DNA of 42,977 nucleotides from positions 1 through 42,977 of IMG/VR virus record IMGVR_UViG_3300032318_000669, one strand, 5' to 3'. How positions within the stretch are numbered: the stretch's first letter is position 1; each line of letters opens with the position of its first letter. Below the pieces are notes generated by a model that searched no databases, was not told where the DNA came from, and saw only the letters and a list, made by a program, of their open reading frames with translations. The position numbers and the translations under genes are program-made. Origin of the DNA: a virus. Taxonomy: Duplodnaviria; Caudoviricetes. Positions 7,206-15,782 of the stretch are shown here, one piece after another.

Positions 7206-7261
7206 GAGTGGGCAACACAACCTCCCATTGCGTCCTTCCTACCGCAAGTGTCTGCCCACTC
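7206..7261. other. intergenic stem-loop displaying SD / anti-SD sequences
   Basis: GAGTGGGCA/TGCCCACTC, ACAC/GTGT and TTGCG/CGCAA stems, with AACCTCCCA bulge and TCCTTCCTAC loop. Confidence 0.55.
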
Positions 7262-7267
7262 ACCCAC

Positions 7268-7298
7268 TTGCAAAAAATCCGAATCTGTGTGATATAGC
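7268..7298 (+). promoter_or_regulatory. possible promoter for the phosphoesterase gene
   Basis: TTGCAA ... TG-A-TATAGC (extended -10-like); spacing is non-ideal. Confidence 0.35.
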
Positions 7299-7326
7299 GG
7301 CTTCACCATGATGGTAAGGAGCCACC

Positions 7327-8289
7327 ATGTCACAAAGAACCACAGATGAAGAATTCATCGAGGTGTGGAAGAAGTTACAGTCGGCCAAAGCAGTAGCAGT
7401 CGCATTGGGTATAAACGAACGCAATGTTCACTCAAGGCGCAGGTCGATTGAAAAGCGGTACGACATCCTGTTGACCGCAGCGCACTACAAATCGCCTACC
7501 CAAACGCAGCACTTTGATTACGACCGTGGCGTTATCAATTACAAAATTGATAATGGCATGGTCTTTATCTTTTCTGACGCCCACTACTGGCCTGATTACA
7601 TCAGCACCGCGCATCGCGGGTTGTTGCATCTAATCAAGAAGTACCGGAGTCAAACCAAAGCCGTTATATGTAACGGTGATGCCTTCGACGGAGCAACGGT
7701 GAGCCGCTTCCCTTCTCTGGGGTGGGAACACAAGCCGACAGTCAAGCAGGAATTGGAAGCCGTAGGAGACCGTTTAGACGAAATCGTCAAGGCTGCTCCG
7801 TCTGCTCAACACTTCTGGCCCTGTGGGAATCATGACGCCCGTTTCGAGACACGCATCGCCAACTCGTTGCCGGAGATGGCGCAAGTCGGCGGGATGCATC
7901 TGAAAGACCACATCCCAAAGTGGGTTCCATGTTGGCGGGTTGATGTAAACGATGACATCGTTGTGCGCCACCGTGAAGCGGGTGGAGAACACGCAGATTG
8001 GAACAACGTCATGAAGGGCGGCAAGACCATCATCACCGGTCACGACCACCGTATCGGCGTTGTGCCGTATGAGTGCTACTCGGGATTACGCTACGGGGTG
8101 CGGACAGGGATGCTTGCGGATTGCGCCTTGGATGGTCAGTTCAGAAATTATCTTGAGGCGAAAGCGCCAAACTGGCACTCTGGTTTCGTTGTGCTAACTT
8201 TTGTCGATGGTCAACTCTTGATGCCCGAGGTCGCCCGCAAATGGTGCGATGGCGTTATCGAGTTCAGAGGGGAACTAATCGACGTTTAA
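7327..8289 (+). CDS. calcineurin-like metallophosphoesterase with N-terminal HTH-like segment
   Basis: Motifs SDAH, NGDAFD, GNHD, RH, TGHDH; AAGGAG SD. Confidence 0.88.
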   Translation: MSQRTTDEEFIEVWKKLQSAKAVAVALGINERNVHSRRRSIEKRYDILLTAAHYKSPTQTQHFDYDRGVINYKIDNGMVFIFSDAHYWPDYISTAHRGLLHLIKKYRSQTKAVICNGDAFDGATVSRFPSLGWEHKPTVKQELEAVGDRLDEIVKAAPSAQHFWPCGNHDARFETRIANSLPEMAQVGGMHLKDHIPKWVPCWRVDVNDDIVVRHREAGGEHADWNNVMKGGKTIITGHDHRIGVVPYECYSGLRYGVRTGMLADCALDGQFRNYLEAKAPNWHSGFVVLTFVDGQLLMPEVARKWCDGVIEFRGELIDV

Positions 8290-8290
8290 A

Positions 8291-8467
8291 TCAATGACCA
8301 AAGGTCGCGTCTTCTGAGTTGATGGTCAGGAAAAGTTCATCTTCTTCAGACCAAATCCAGATGATGCGACCATCATCCAACTGCAACATAAGTTCATCAT
8401 CGTCAGTGCCGCACCCGTCGATAGTACGACCTACAAGTGATTTAAGAATTTCTTCTAGGTCTTTCAT
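8291..8467 (-). CDS. small acidic hypothetical protein
   Basis: Manual: MKDLEEILKSLVGRTIDGCGTDDDELMLQLDDGRIIWIWSEEDELFLTINSEDATFGH, 58 aa, AGGA upstream; fills the gap exactly. Confidence 0.65.
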   Translation of the reverse strand: MKDLEEILKSLVGRTIDGCGTDDDELMLQLDDGRIIWIWSEEDELFLTINSEDATFGH

Positions 8468-8660
8468 ATATATATCCTAATATAATAATATATTACATTG
8501 TAAGTATAATATAATATAGTAATAATATATTATATTAGTAATATAGTATATACTATGTATTACTTACTATAGTATACAATGTATTATATATTATAATATA
8601 TTATATCTTATATTATATATACATAAGTATATACATACTTCTATGTACTACAAATGTACT
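8468..8660. other. extremely AT-rich palindromic tract, candidate replication origin
   Basis: I count 20 G/C in the 170 nt from 8471 to 8640; palindromes include ATAGTATATACTAT, TACTATAGTA and TATATTATAATATA; 0.7 kb upstream of the primase-helicase. Confidence 0.6.
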
Positions 8661-8668
8661 TATACCAC

Positions 8669-9040
8669 ATGGGCGCACTAAAAAATCCAGACGCGAGGCA
8701 CATCGACTTTGAGCCGTTTAAAGGCTTGATACCGAGTAACCCGAAGTTGCTGCCATCCGACATCGACTTTGTCATCGAGCGGAAGGGTCACTTCCTCGCA
8801 GCGGAGTGGAAGCGTGAGGGCGAAACCTTCAGCGTTGGACAACGTCTAATGCTTGAGGCGCTATCTAAAAAAAGCGATTGGACGGTTCTGTTGGTCAATG
8901 GTGTATCGACTAACGATGAGTTTTATGTAACTGATTTTTATCAACTAAAAGAACAAAAAGAAATCCTTTCCGGCCTGAGCGCAAATGATTTGATGGCGTT
9001 CATCCGCGAGTGGTATGCTCGGATAAACGGCTCACGATAG
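8669..9040 (+). CDS. putative PD-(D/E)XK nuclease-fold protein
   Basis: PSDIDFVIERKGHFLAAEWKREG...SVGQR (PxD...ExK); likely ATG 8669. Confidence 0.65.
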   Translation: MGALKNPDARHIDFEPFKGLIPSNPKLLPSDIDFVIERKGHFLAAEWKREGETFSVGQRLMLEALSKKSDWTVLLVNGVSTNDEFYVTDFYQLKEQKEILSGLSANDLMAFIREWYARINGSR

Positions 9041-9096
9041 CCGTTGTTTAATCAGTCCCTCAAAGAAGGGACTGGCATCAAAGATGAGGATAAACC

Positions 9097-9336
9097 ATGC
9101 CGTACACCAAGACTCTTCGCCCGTACAAGAAGCAATACCAACAGCAACTTGAACGTGGCGAACATGAAAACCGTATGGAACGCCAACGCGCCAGACGCAC
9201 CTATGACGCAAAGGGCGTTGACCGCAAGGGTAAGGACATCGACCATGTCACCCCCCTGTCAAAGGGCGGCAGCAACAGCCCGTCAAACTTGCGCCTGACT
9301 AAACCAAGTTTAAATCGCAGCAAGAAAAACAAATGA
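9097..9336 (+). CDS. small HNH endonuclease
   Basis: KDIDHVTPLSKGGSNSPSNLRL...NRSK. Confidence 0.85.
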   Translation: MPYTKTLRPYKKQYQQQLERGEHENRMERQRARRTYDAKGVDRKGKDIDHVTPLSKGGSNSPSNLRLTKPSLNRSKKNK

Positions 9337-11039
9337 GCGCCTTGCCAATGGACGACCTGAGCAATCAGGTTGTGGACGCATTGGGCAACCGCGACCACGC
9401 TCGTACTCCCTGCCCCGCCTGTTCACCTGATAGGCGCAAGAGCAAGGAGCCTTGTTTAAATATCGACAGAAAAGATGTGGGGATTGTCTGGTCTTGCCAC
9501 CATTGTGGATGGTCGGGATTAGCCCCATTCAAACGTTATGCTCCGGAGAAAAGGATGAGCAAACCAATGCCGAAAGTTACTGACGCAAAACTCCACGCGG
9601 TGGCGGCAGACTTTCTATCTGCCCGTGGTATTTCCCAAGCAACGGCAGAAGCAGCAGATATTTATTCGTGTAAACGTTTTATCCACAAGGTTGGCGCAGA
9701 GACTGATTGCATCGCCTTCCCATACATCCGCGATGGCGGCGTAGTTAATACGAAGTACCGCAGCATCAGCCAAAAAGGTTTTAGCCAAGAAGTATCAGGC
9801 GACCAGATTTTTTATCTGCTTGATAAAGTCACGATGGGCGAGCCGATTGTGATTGTCGAGGGCGAGATGGATGCCCTGACCTGTATCGAGGTAGGTGTAA
9901 ACAACGCTGTATCCGTGCCAAGCGGCGCACCCATCAAAGTATCTGAGGGCAGGGTTGACCCAACTGAAGACCGCAAATTCAGTTTCGTCTGGGATGCCAA
10001 TGAGTATTTAAACAAAGCGCCATACGTCGTTCTGGCTGTCGATGGCGATATTGCGGGGACGGCCCTACAGGAAGAACTCGCACGGCGTATCGGCAAAGCC
10101 AAGTGCCGCATCGTTACTTACCCTGAAGGCTGTAAAGATTTAAACGATGTGCTAATCAAGCACGGCGCTGACAAGGTCAAAGAAGTCATCGACCAATCTC
10201 AGGCTTATCCCATCGATGGATTATTCGATGCGTCTAAATATGCCGACCAAGTTGAAGAACTGTATTCAAAAGGATTCGGTTCCGGCGAGTCAGTTGGTTA
10301 TACGAATGTCGATGAGTTATATACAGTCGTAACTGGACAAGTGACAATCGTTACCGGTTACCCATCATCTGGTAAATCAAACTTTGTTGACCAGATTATG
10401 ATGAACCTCGCAATGGCAAAGGATTGGAAGTTTGCCATATGCTCTTTCGAGAATCCCCCTCCGCTTCACATTGCCAAGTTATGTGAATTGCATTTACGCA
10501 AACCGTTTTTCGCGGGTCTTACTCCACGCATGACCGGCGATGAAAAAGCGGAAGCGATTAAGTTTTTAAACGACCACTTTGTGTTTCTGGATTCGCAAAA
10601 TTCTGAGAACACTATCGAGTCGATTCTGGAACGCGCTCAATCGGCGGTTCAACGTCTCGGGGTGCGGGGTCTGGTGATTGACCCATATAACTTTATCAAT
10701 CTGGAACGTGATGGTACGGAGACGGATGCCATTTCCAAGATGCTGACCAAGGTACAGGCGTTCGCCAAGTCAGCCGGTATCCATGTCTGGTTTGTGGCGC
10801 ACCCTGCCAAGATGCTGCGTCAGGGCGAGGATATGCCCGTGCCTGATGGCATGAGTGTCGCGGGGTCGATGGCGTGGTGGGCGAAAGCAGACTGCGGTAT
10901 CACCGTTCACCGCAGGGAAGGTGTAAACGTCCTCATCAAAGTCTGGAAGTGCCGTTGGCGTTGGGTGGGTAAGGTCGGTGAAACTACGCTCCAGTACGAC
11001 AAGGTGACTGGAACCTACTATCAGGAAGTGACCTTTTAA
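9333..11039 (+). CDS. bifunctional DNA primase-helicase (T7 gp4/Twinkle-like)
   Basis: Zn finger CPAC...CHHC; TOPRIM VEGEMDAL/DGD/KDLND; SF4 helicase GYPSSGKS, IDPYN, VAHPAK. Confidence 0.93.
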   Translation: MSALPMDDLSNQVVDALGNRDHARTPCPACSPDRRKSKEPCLNIDRKDVGIVWSCHHCGWSGLAPFKRYAPEKRMSKPMPKVTDAKLHAVAADFLSARGISQATAEAADIYSCKRFIHKVGAETDCIAFPYIRDGGVVNTKYRSISQKGFSQEVSGDQIFYLLDKVTMGEPIVIVEGEMDALTCIEVGVNNAVSVPSGAPIKVSEGRVDPTEDRKFSFVWDANEYLNKAPYVVLAVDGDIAGTALQEELARRIGKAKCRIVTYPEGCKDLNDVLIKHGADKVKEVIDQSQAYPIDGLFDASKYADQVEELYSKGFGSGESVGYTNVDELYTVVTGQVTIVTGYPSSGKSNFVDQIMMNLAMAKDWKFAICSFENPPPLHIAKLCELHLRKPFFAGLTPRMTGDEKAEAIKFLNDHFVFLDSQNSENTIESILERAQSAVQRLGVRGLVIDPYNFINLERDGTETDAISKMLTKVQAFAKSAGIHVWFVAHPAKMLRQGEDMPVPDGMSVAGSMAWWAKADCGITVHRREGVNVLIKVWKCRWRWVGKVGETTLQYDKVTGTYYQEVTF

Positions 11040-11111
11040 ACGCAACGATTAAGCATCATGGAGTTGGCTTAACCTGCTGGGAAAGTAAAGTTTAAACACT
11101 TTCATATGGAC

Positions 11112-11143
11112 AAAAAAAGGGGGAGCAAATCGCTCCCCTTTTT
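11112..11143. terminator. bidirectional intrinsic terminator
   Basis: A-run-GGGGAGC-AAATC-GCTCCCC-T-run between convergent operons. Confidence 0.85.
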
Positions 11144-11144
11144 C

Positions 11145-11282
11145 TTACTTCTTCCACCAAACAAACTTGTCGGCCATACGTTGCTCGGCCTTGACCCATT
11201 CTTCGACCAGAGTGTCGTGCGCCTTGTTGTAGAGGTCGCGGTACATCTTCGACCATGCGGTGAACATTGCAGAGTAATCCAT
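11145..11282 (-). CDS. small hypothetical protein
   Basis: Manual: MDYSAMFTAWSKMYRDLYNKAHDTLVEEWVKAEQRMADKFVWWKK, 45 aa; AGGAG SD; stop abuts the terminator. Confidence 0.7.
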   Translation of the reverse strand: MDYSAMFTAWSKMYRDLYNKAHDTLVEEWVKAEQRMADKFVWWKK

Positions 11283-11300
11283 GATGGACTCCTGTTGTGA

Positions 11301-11492
11301 TTAAGAAAATGCTGCAATGCAGCATATCACAACCGCAATGGCAATCACAAATACAGGATTATTTTTACTGGCGCGGTTCCGTTTAACGAATAACTCTGAG
11401 CAACAGCGAATCTCAGGCTCGTATGTGAAGTCGTCGCCAAATGCTTCGCGCATTGAACACGGCAAAAAGTAATCCTTTCGGCGATAGTTCAT
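11301..11492 (-). CDS. small protein with C-terminal transmembrane helix
   Basis: GGGAGGTTTAAATG start; P.SMREAFG motif; hydrophobic C-terminus. Confidence 0.7.
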   Translation of the reverse strand: MNYRRKDYFLPCSMREAFGDDFTYEPEIRCCSELFVKRNRASKNNPVFVIAIAVVICCIAAFS

Positions 11493-11615
11493 TTAAACCT
11501 CCCGTTTAAGTTCGCGCTTTGCGTGATTGCGTTGCGCCTTGTTTGTCTTTCCATGCGGCCCCGCCTTGCGGCGATGGGCATGGGCTACAAAATGGTTGCG
11601 TGGTTTGATACGCAT
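11493..11615 (-). CDS. small basic protein
   Basis: Manual: MRIKPRNHFVAHAHRRKAGPHGKTNKAQRNHAKRELKREV, 40 aa; its TAA lies within the next start motif. Confidence 0.6.
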   Translation of the reverse strand: MRIKPRNHFVAHAHRRKAGPHGKTNKAQRNHAKRELKREV

Positions 11616-11758
11616 AGGAATGCATCCCCATTGAATGTCGTTGTCTGATAGCACTCAATGAACCCGTGCTTGTAAATGTCGTAGGCTTGCGCCCCGACAT
11701 AGGCGGCGCAGGAAAGGGTCAGCAGGATAGCCGACCAGATGGCGATATTGGTAGGCAT
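11585..11758 (-). CDS. small membrane or secreted protein
   Basis: Manual: MPTNIAIWSAILLTLSCAAYVGAQAYDIYKHGFIECYQ..., 57 aa; GAGGAAGTTTAAATG start. Confidence 0.65.
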   Translation of the reverse strand: MPTNIAIWSAILLTLSCAAYVGAQAYDIYKHGFIECYQTTTFNGDAFLCVSNHATIL

Positions 11759-12133
11759 TTAAACTTCCTCCACTTTGCGTTGGAACGGGAGCGCGTAAAT
11801 ATCACGCTCGATGCGGTGCTTTTCATCGTTGGTCAAGCACTCAATCAATGCTTCTTGAATTGTGTGCAAGCCAGATGCAAGTTTGACTTCAAAAACATCG
11901 GGATGTTCACCGTAGCCAATATGCTCGGTCCAGACATGAACGTCATAATTCGTAACCTGTTTAACCCCTATGCCTTGGTAGGTCACTGGGTAACGAACAA
12001 TGCTGAACCAGTCAAAATCCAGAACACTGGATTCGCCATCCTCCAAATCGGTGACCCTCGGCTCATGGACAAACTCGCGCCCGATGGATGCATAGGCCGA
12101 CTTGACAAAATCAATTTCGTTTTGCGTAAACAT
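11759..12133 (-). CDS. hypothetical protein
   Basis: 124 aa, GGGAGG SD. Confidence 0.75.
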   Translation of the reverse strand: MFTQNEIDFVKSAYASIGREFVHEPRVTDLEDGESSVLDFDWFSIVRYPVTYQGIGVKQVTNYDVHVWTEHIGYGEHPDVFEVKLASGLHTIQEALIECLTNDEKHRIERDIYALPFQRKVEEV

Positions 12134-12255
12134 CTTTTCCTCCCAGAAAAGGGACTAACATCAGTCCAAAGTAGATGCTGCACGGTAGCGGGTGGGGCTA
12201 CCCCCTTACCCCGCCCCGTACAATCGATTGTGGCGCGTCTGGTGAAGCGTAGCGG

Positions 12256-12456
12256 CTATTCGCTATCGCCACCGGAAACGCTGCGGATAACCTCCTCCGC
12301 CTGTTCGATGCGGTTGTGGAAAGCGGCTACACCAAGGTGCCGCTCGTATGCCTTGACGCACTTGGTCATGTCACACAGTGCATCAAGCAGTTCCTTACGC
12401 TGCGCTTCAAGACGGCTGATGTACGCAAGGTCATCCAAAGAATCGATGTATTCCAT
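12256..12456 (-). CDS. hypothetical protein
   Basis: 66 aa, GGAGGTTTAAATG start. Confidence 0.75.
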   Translation of the reverse strand: MEYIDSLDDLAYISRLEAQRKELLDALCDMTKCVKAYERHLGVAAFHNRIEQAEEVIRSVSGGDSE

Positions 12457-12468
12457 TTAAACCTCCAA

Positions 12469-12496
12469 GAAAATAATGGGGGGCGCATGGCCCCCC
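12469..12496 (-). terminator. intrinsic terminator-like hairpin after the VWA gene
   Basis: GGGGGGC-CATGC-GCCCCCC-ATTATTTT on the minus strand. Confidence 0.6.
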
Positions 12497-12500
12497 GTGA

Positions 12501-14210
12501 TTACGCAGCCAACTTAATCTGCGCGAAAGAAGTATTCGCCAGAGACTTGAGGTTGGCGATGTTGACGTACTGCGGGAAAATGCCCGCGAGGTTGCAGTAG
12601 ATGCCAACCCCGATGGTGGTGATGCCCAGATTCGCGCCAACGACCGACTGGTTATAAACCTCCTTCTCGGCAAAGATGCCACCGTCAGTCAGATACAAAA
12701 CAATCCTGCGCTTTTCCGGACGGGCAAGCAGAGAGCGGTGCGCGATAATCAACGGCTGAAGGTCGTTGTTATCAAGGCCGGTATTGCTCCAAGCATTCTT
12801 CACGTTGGCGCGGAATACGTTTACACCCTCACCAAAATTGGTGATACGCACAGTCTCATTGCCGTAGCAGTAAGTCTCGATTGCTACATTGGTGCCGCGC
12901 AGTGCATCGTAAATCGCCTCGACAGTGGCGAGTTCCGCTTGATAAATGGCAGGCTCGCCAACGTCACGCGCACTATCAGTCGAGCCAGAGGCATCGATAA
13001 TAATCGACAGCGCGGTGTCGATACCCTCATCCTCCTGACGGCGGCGGAAAACAGCATCGTCAAACGAATGGCGGGATAATGCGCCGGAGTTAATCTGACC
13101 GGCACGTTGACCGCTATTCCACTGCTCACGCGCCGAACCCTCAAACAGGCGGTTCAATTCGTAGCGCAACTTCGCGGGAGTATGGATTTTGTCCCACCCC
13201 GAAAAGCGGCGGCGGCAATGATATGCAGTCTCACCGAATGAGGTCGGAACCTTGTGGGTAATCGGCACGTCCTGCTCTTTGTGCGATTCACGCTCACGTT
13301 CAATGCGGCGATTGCGCTGATTGACAGACTCGATGCGACCATCAGGTGTCGGCTCGACAGCGGTGGGATTGCGAATATCACCCAGACCCTTGCCATAACC
13401 TTCCGGAATCTTCTTGGACGATTCACCACCAGATTCGCCGGACTCGCCATCAGAATCGCCATCAGAATCACTGCCCGATTCGCCGCCAGATTCGCCGGAC
13501 TCGTTACCCTCGCCGCCCGATTCGCCACCGGATTCACCGTCCGAATCATCGCCGGATTCATCCTCATCAGAATCATCACCCGAATCATCAGGGCGCGGCT
13601 CATCAGGCTTGTCATTATCGCGGAGATACCACTCGAGTTTGTTGTATACCTGACGCGCAATCTCCAGATTATCTGCGCTCGATGAAGCAGAAATCGAGAT
13701 AGCCTCATCGAAAATATCAGCGATGGGCGCAGGAACAGGAGGGCGAATATGCAAGTAGCGGCGCGACCAGAGCGCCAGAGCGAAAGGCCACTGACGCGGG
13801 TCAGCCCAATCAATATCAGCATCGATTGCTTCTTGATAATGATATTCGACCAAATTGGTCAGCAGTCGCTCCGCATTCGGGGCATCGCCGGATGCAATCG
13901 TATTGCCCTCAATCCACCCATCCTCCAGTGCATTCCAGAGTTGGTGCAGGTAGACATTCGAAACCCTGATAACAGCAGTCTGGAGAACGTGACCCAGAAC
14001 CTCATGGATAACGTACCCGCAGTAGCGATTAAACTCTGCGTTGGTAACGAATGCATCATCGTTGATGCGGGGCAGAATCACCGTGGAGGTAATATCGGTT
14101 GCCGCGCCAGTGCCGCGAAACACAACCTCAAAATCCTTACCCTTGGTAATCTGACCCAACTTGTTGACGAGGGTGGTAATACCCTGCTTGACTTGATAGC
14201 CTCTGTACAT
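12501..14210 (-). CDS. CobT-like VWA-domain protein with N-terminal metallopeptidase-like motif and acidic linker
   Basis: IHEVLGH...NALED; D/E/S/G low-complexity linker; MIDAS motifs IIDASGS and LTDG; adjacent to the AAA+ gene. Confidence 0.85.
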   Translation of the reverse strand: MYRGYQVKQGITTLVNKLGQITKGKDFEVVFRGTGAATDITSTVILPRINDDAFVTNAEFNRYCGYVIHEVLGHVLQTAVIRVSNVYLHQLWNALEDGWIEGNTIASGDAPNAERLLTNLVEYHYQEAIDADIDWADPRQWPFALALWSRRYLHIRPPVPAPIADIFDEAISISASSSADNLEIARQVYNKLEWYLRDNDKPDEPRPDDSGDDSDEDESGDDSDGESGGESGGEGNESGESGGESGSDSDGDSDGESGESGGESSKKIPEGYGKGLGDIRNPTAVEPTPDGRIESVNQRNRRIERERESHKEQDVPITHKVPTSFGETAYHCRRRFSGWDKIHTPAKLRYELNRLFEGSAREQWNSGQRAGQINSGALSRHSFDDAVFRRRQEDEGIDTALSIIIDASGSTDSARDVGEPAIYQAELATVEAIYDALRGTNVAIETYCYGNETVRITNFGEGVNVFRANVKNAWSNTGLDNNDLQPLIIAHRSLLARPEKRRIVLYLTDGGIFAEKEVYNQSVVGANLGITTIGVGIYCNLAGIFPQYVNIANLKSLANTSFAQIKLAA

Positions 14211-14220
14211 TTAAACCTCC

Positions 14221-15690
14221 TCAGATATTGAAGTGGGTTGCCTTGATGGCATCCAGTGCTGCGCGGGATTCAGACGGCGACTTATTGGTGATGGTCACTG
14301 TCCATGCGATGTCCGGACTAATACCGGCTGTGATTGCGGAGGCGAGTGCGAATGCCTGACGCAGCGAGGGCGCATCGATAATCTCGCCCGACTGAGTTTC
14401 CTTCCGCGCCACGTTTAAAACCTTGACGATGGCATCAGCCAACTTCTTGGTCGCGCCAGTGCGCTTTTGAATCAGCGCAGACTCGACCTTGGCGGGGAGA
14501 AACTCGAAAACGGTGGTGAATGGGAAGCGGTCGAGCAGTGCGCTGTTCTGCTCCTGCACGCCCTTGAACCGATTGGAATCGTCACGATTGCCGGTCGAAT
14601 TATCGGCGGCGAATACGATGACACCGGTAGCACGGCGATGGGTAACACCGTCATACGTCACCGCAGCATTCGGCTCAAGCAGACCTTGGAGATTCGCCAC
14701 GTTGGCGGGATTGGCAAAACCAAACTCGTCCAACAGCAGCACCGTACCGGTCTGCTTAAACGCCTTCAGGAACGTGCCGTCTTGCCAGACAGTCTCGCCA
14801 TTTACCAGACCCTTCGACCCGATAAAATCCAGACGCTCAAGGTGACGGTCAAAGTTAATCCGCACCAATTGGCAACCGGTACGCGCCGCGAATTGACTGG
14901 CGAATTGCGTCTTACCAGTGCCACGGTCACCGGCAAGCCAGATATTCGGCGGGAATACAGACGATTCAGCCAGAGACTGCGATTGCACCAAAAGCGTCAG
15001 GCGCAGCGCTTCTTCCGGCCAGATATACGAATCGTCAATCGCCGGAGCCTCTGGGTGATTAAACAGGCTCACCAGAATCGGATTGCCTGCGGCATCGCGG
15101 ACATCAACGCCGAATACTTCAAGCGCAGACTTCTGCCCGATAATGCGAACGCCGGTAGCGTCAGCAACAATCTGCTCCGCGCCATTATCCTCGACCAACT
15201 TTCGGAACTTGCCGAAAGCCTTATCGACTGCATCAGCCACGGCGGAATCAGCATTGATTGCCGGAGCAGCAGACTTAATCTCAGACGACAGGCGGGTCAC
15301 CGCATCATCGAGGCGGCGATTAACGTCAACGAGATTGTCGTTGGTATTGCGAATGCTATCGAGAATATCTCGGTCGCTCTCGCGCAGCCGGACAATATCA
15401 TCGTTGAAAGTGGATACTGCGGTATTGACAATGCTCTGCACCGCAGCGGGGGAAACAGACGGCGCAGCGGCAGTGGCGGCGGCAATAGAAGCAACAACGC
15501 CGTGCGAACGCCAATGGTCAGCGTAGGTCTTTTCGCTGTCGATAATATGCGCCGCAGTAACACCGTTGGCGTAAAGCAATTCACCAAGCGGCGACTTTTC
15601 GAGCGTAGCGATATGAGAAACGGCACCCAACCCGTGGTGCAAAGCAGCACCGCGCAGGGCGAGAATGTGAGCGTCATGATAAACAGCCAT
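14221..15690 (-). CDS. CobS/CbbQ/NorQ (MoxR-clade) AAA+ ATPase with N-terminal coiled coil
   Basis: Walker A GDRGTGKT, Walker B LLLDE, sensor AADN, Arg finger ALLDRF, and PSLR. Confidence 0.9.
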   Translation of the reverse strand: MAVYHDAHILALRGAALHHGLGAVSHIATLEKSPLGELLYANGVTAAHIIDSEKTYADHWRSHGVVASIAAATAAAPSVSPAAVQSIVNTAVSTFNDDIVRLRESDRDILDSIRNTNDNLVDVNRRLDDAVTRLSSEIKSAAPAINADSAVADAVDKAFGKFRKLVEDNGAEQIVADATGVRIIGQKSALEVFGVDVRDAAGNPILVSLFNHPEAPAIDDSYIWPEEALRLTLLVQSQSLAESSVFPPNIWLAGDRGTGKTQFASQFAARTGCQLVRINFDRHLERLDFIGSKGLVNGETVWQDGTFLKAFKQTGTVLLLDEFGFANPANVANLQGLLEPNAAVTYDGVTHRRATGVIVFAADNSTGNRDDSNRFKGVQEQNSALLDRFPFTTVFEFLPAKVESALIQKRTGATKKLADAIVKVLNVARKETQSGEIIDAPSLRQAFALASAITAGISPDIAWTVTITNKSPSESRAALDAIKATHFNI

Positions 15691-15721
15691 GTTTAAAACC
15701 TCCCAGAATTAAATGGCGATG

Positions 15722-15778
15722 GATATGCGGGGCATATCAGCAAGCCGCCTGTATAAACAGACGGCTTGAGTTATGACC
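15722..15778 (-). repeat. structured leader element, copy A
   Basis: GGTCATAACT-CAAGCCGTCTG-TTTATA-CAGGCGGCTTG-CT-GATATGC-CCC-GCATATC; homologous to 16566..16627. Confidence 0.8.
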
Positions 15779-15782
15779 AACA

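Noticed and set aside
9097-9336. HNH gene as an intron-encoded homing element
   Set aside because: Free-standing 79-aa gene; neighbouring genes are uninterrupted and no intron core is visible.
11666-12460. 264-aa plus-strand ORF
   Set aside because: Overlaps three minus-strand genes with strong SDs; no motif.
13420-13590. Short GATTCGCC/GAATCA repeats
   Set aside because: They simply encode the D/E/S/G linker of the VWA protein; not an array.
12501-15690. Cobalamin biosynthesis (cobS/cobT) as an auxiliary metabolic function
   Set aside because: No cobN or other cob genes; a generic MoxR-VWA pair is more parsimonious, so no gene symbols were assigned.
14467-15696. 409-aa plus-strand ORF
   Set aside because: Antisense shadow of the AAA+ ATPase gene, which has clear motifs; no SD or recognisable domain.
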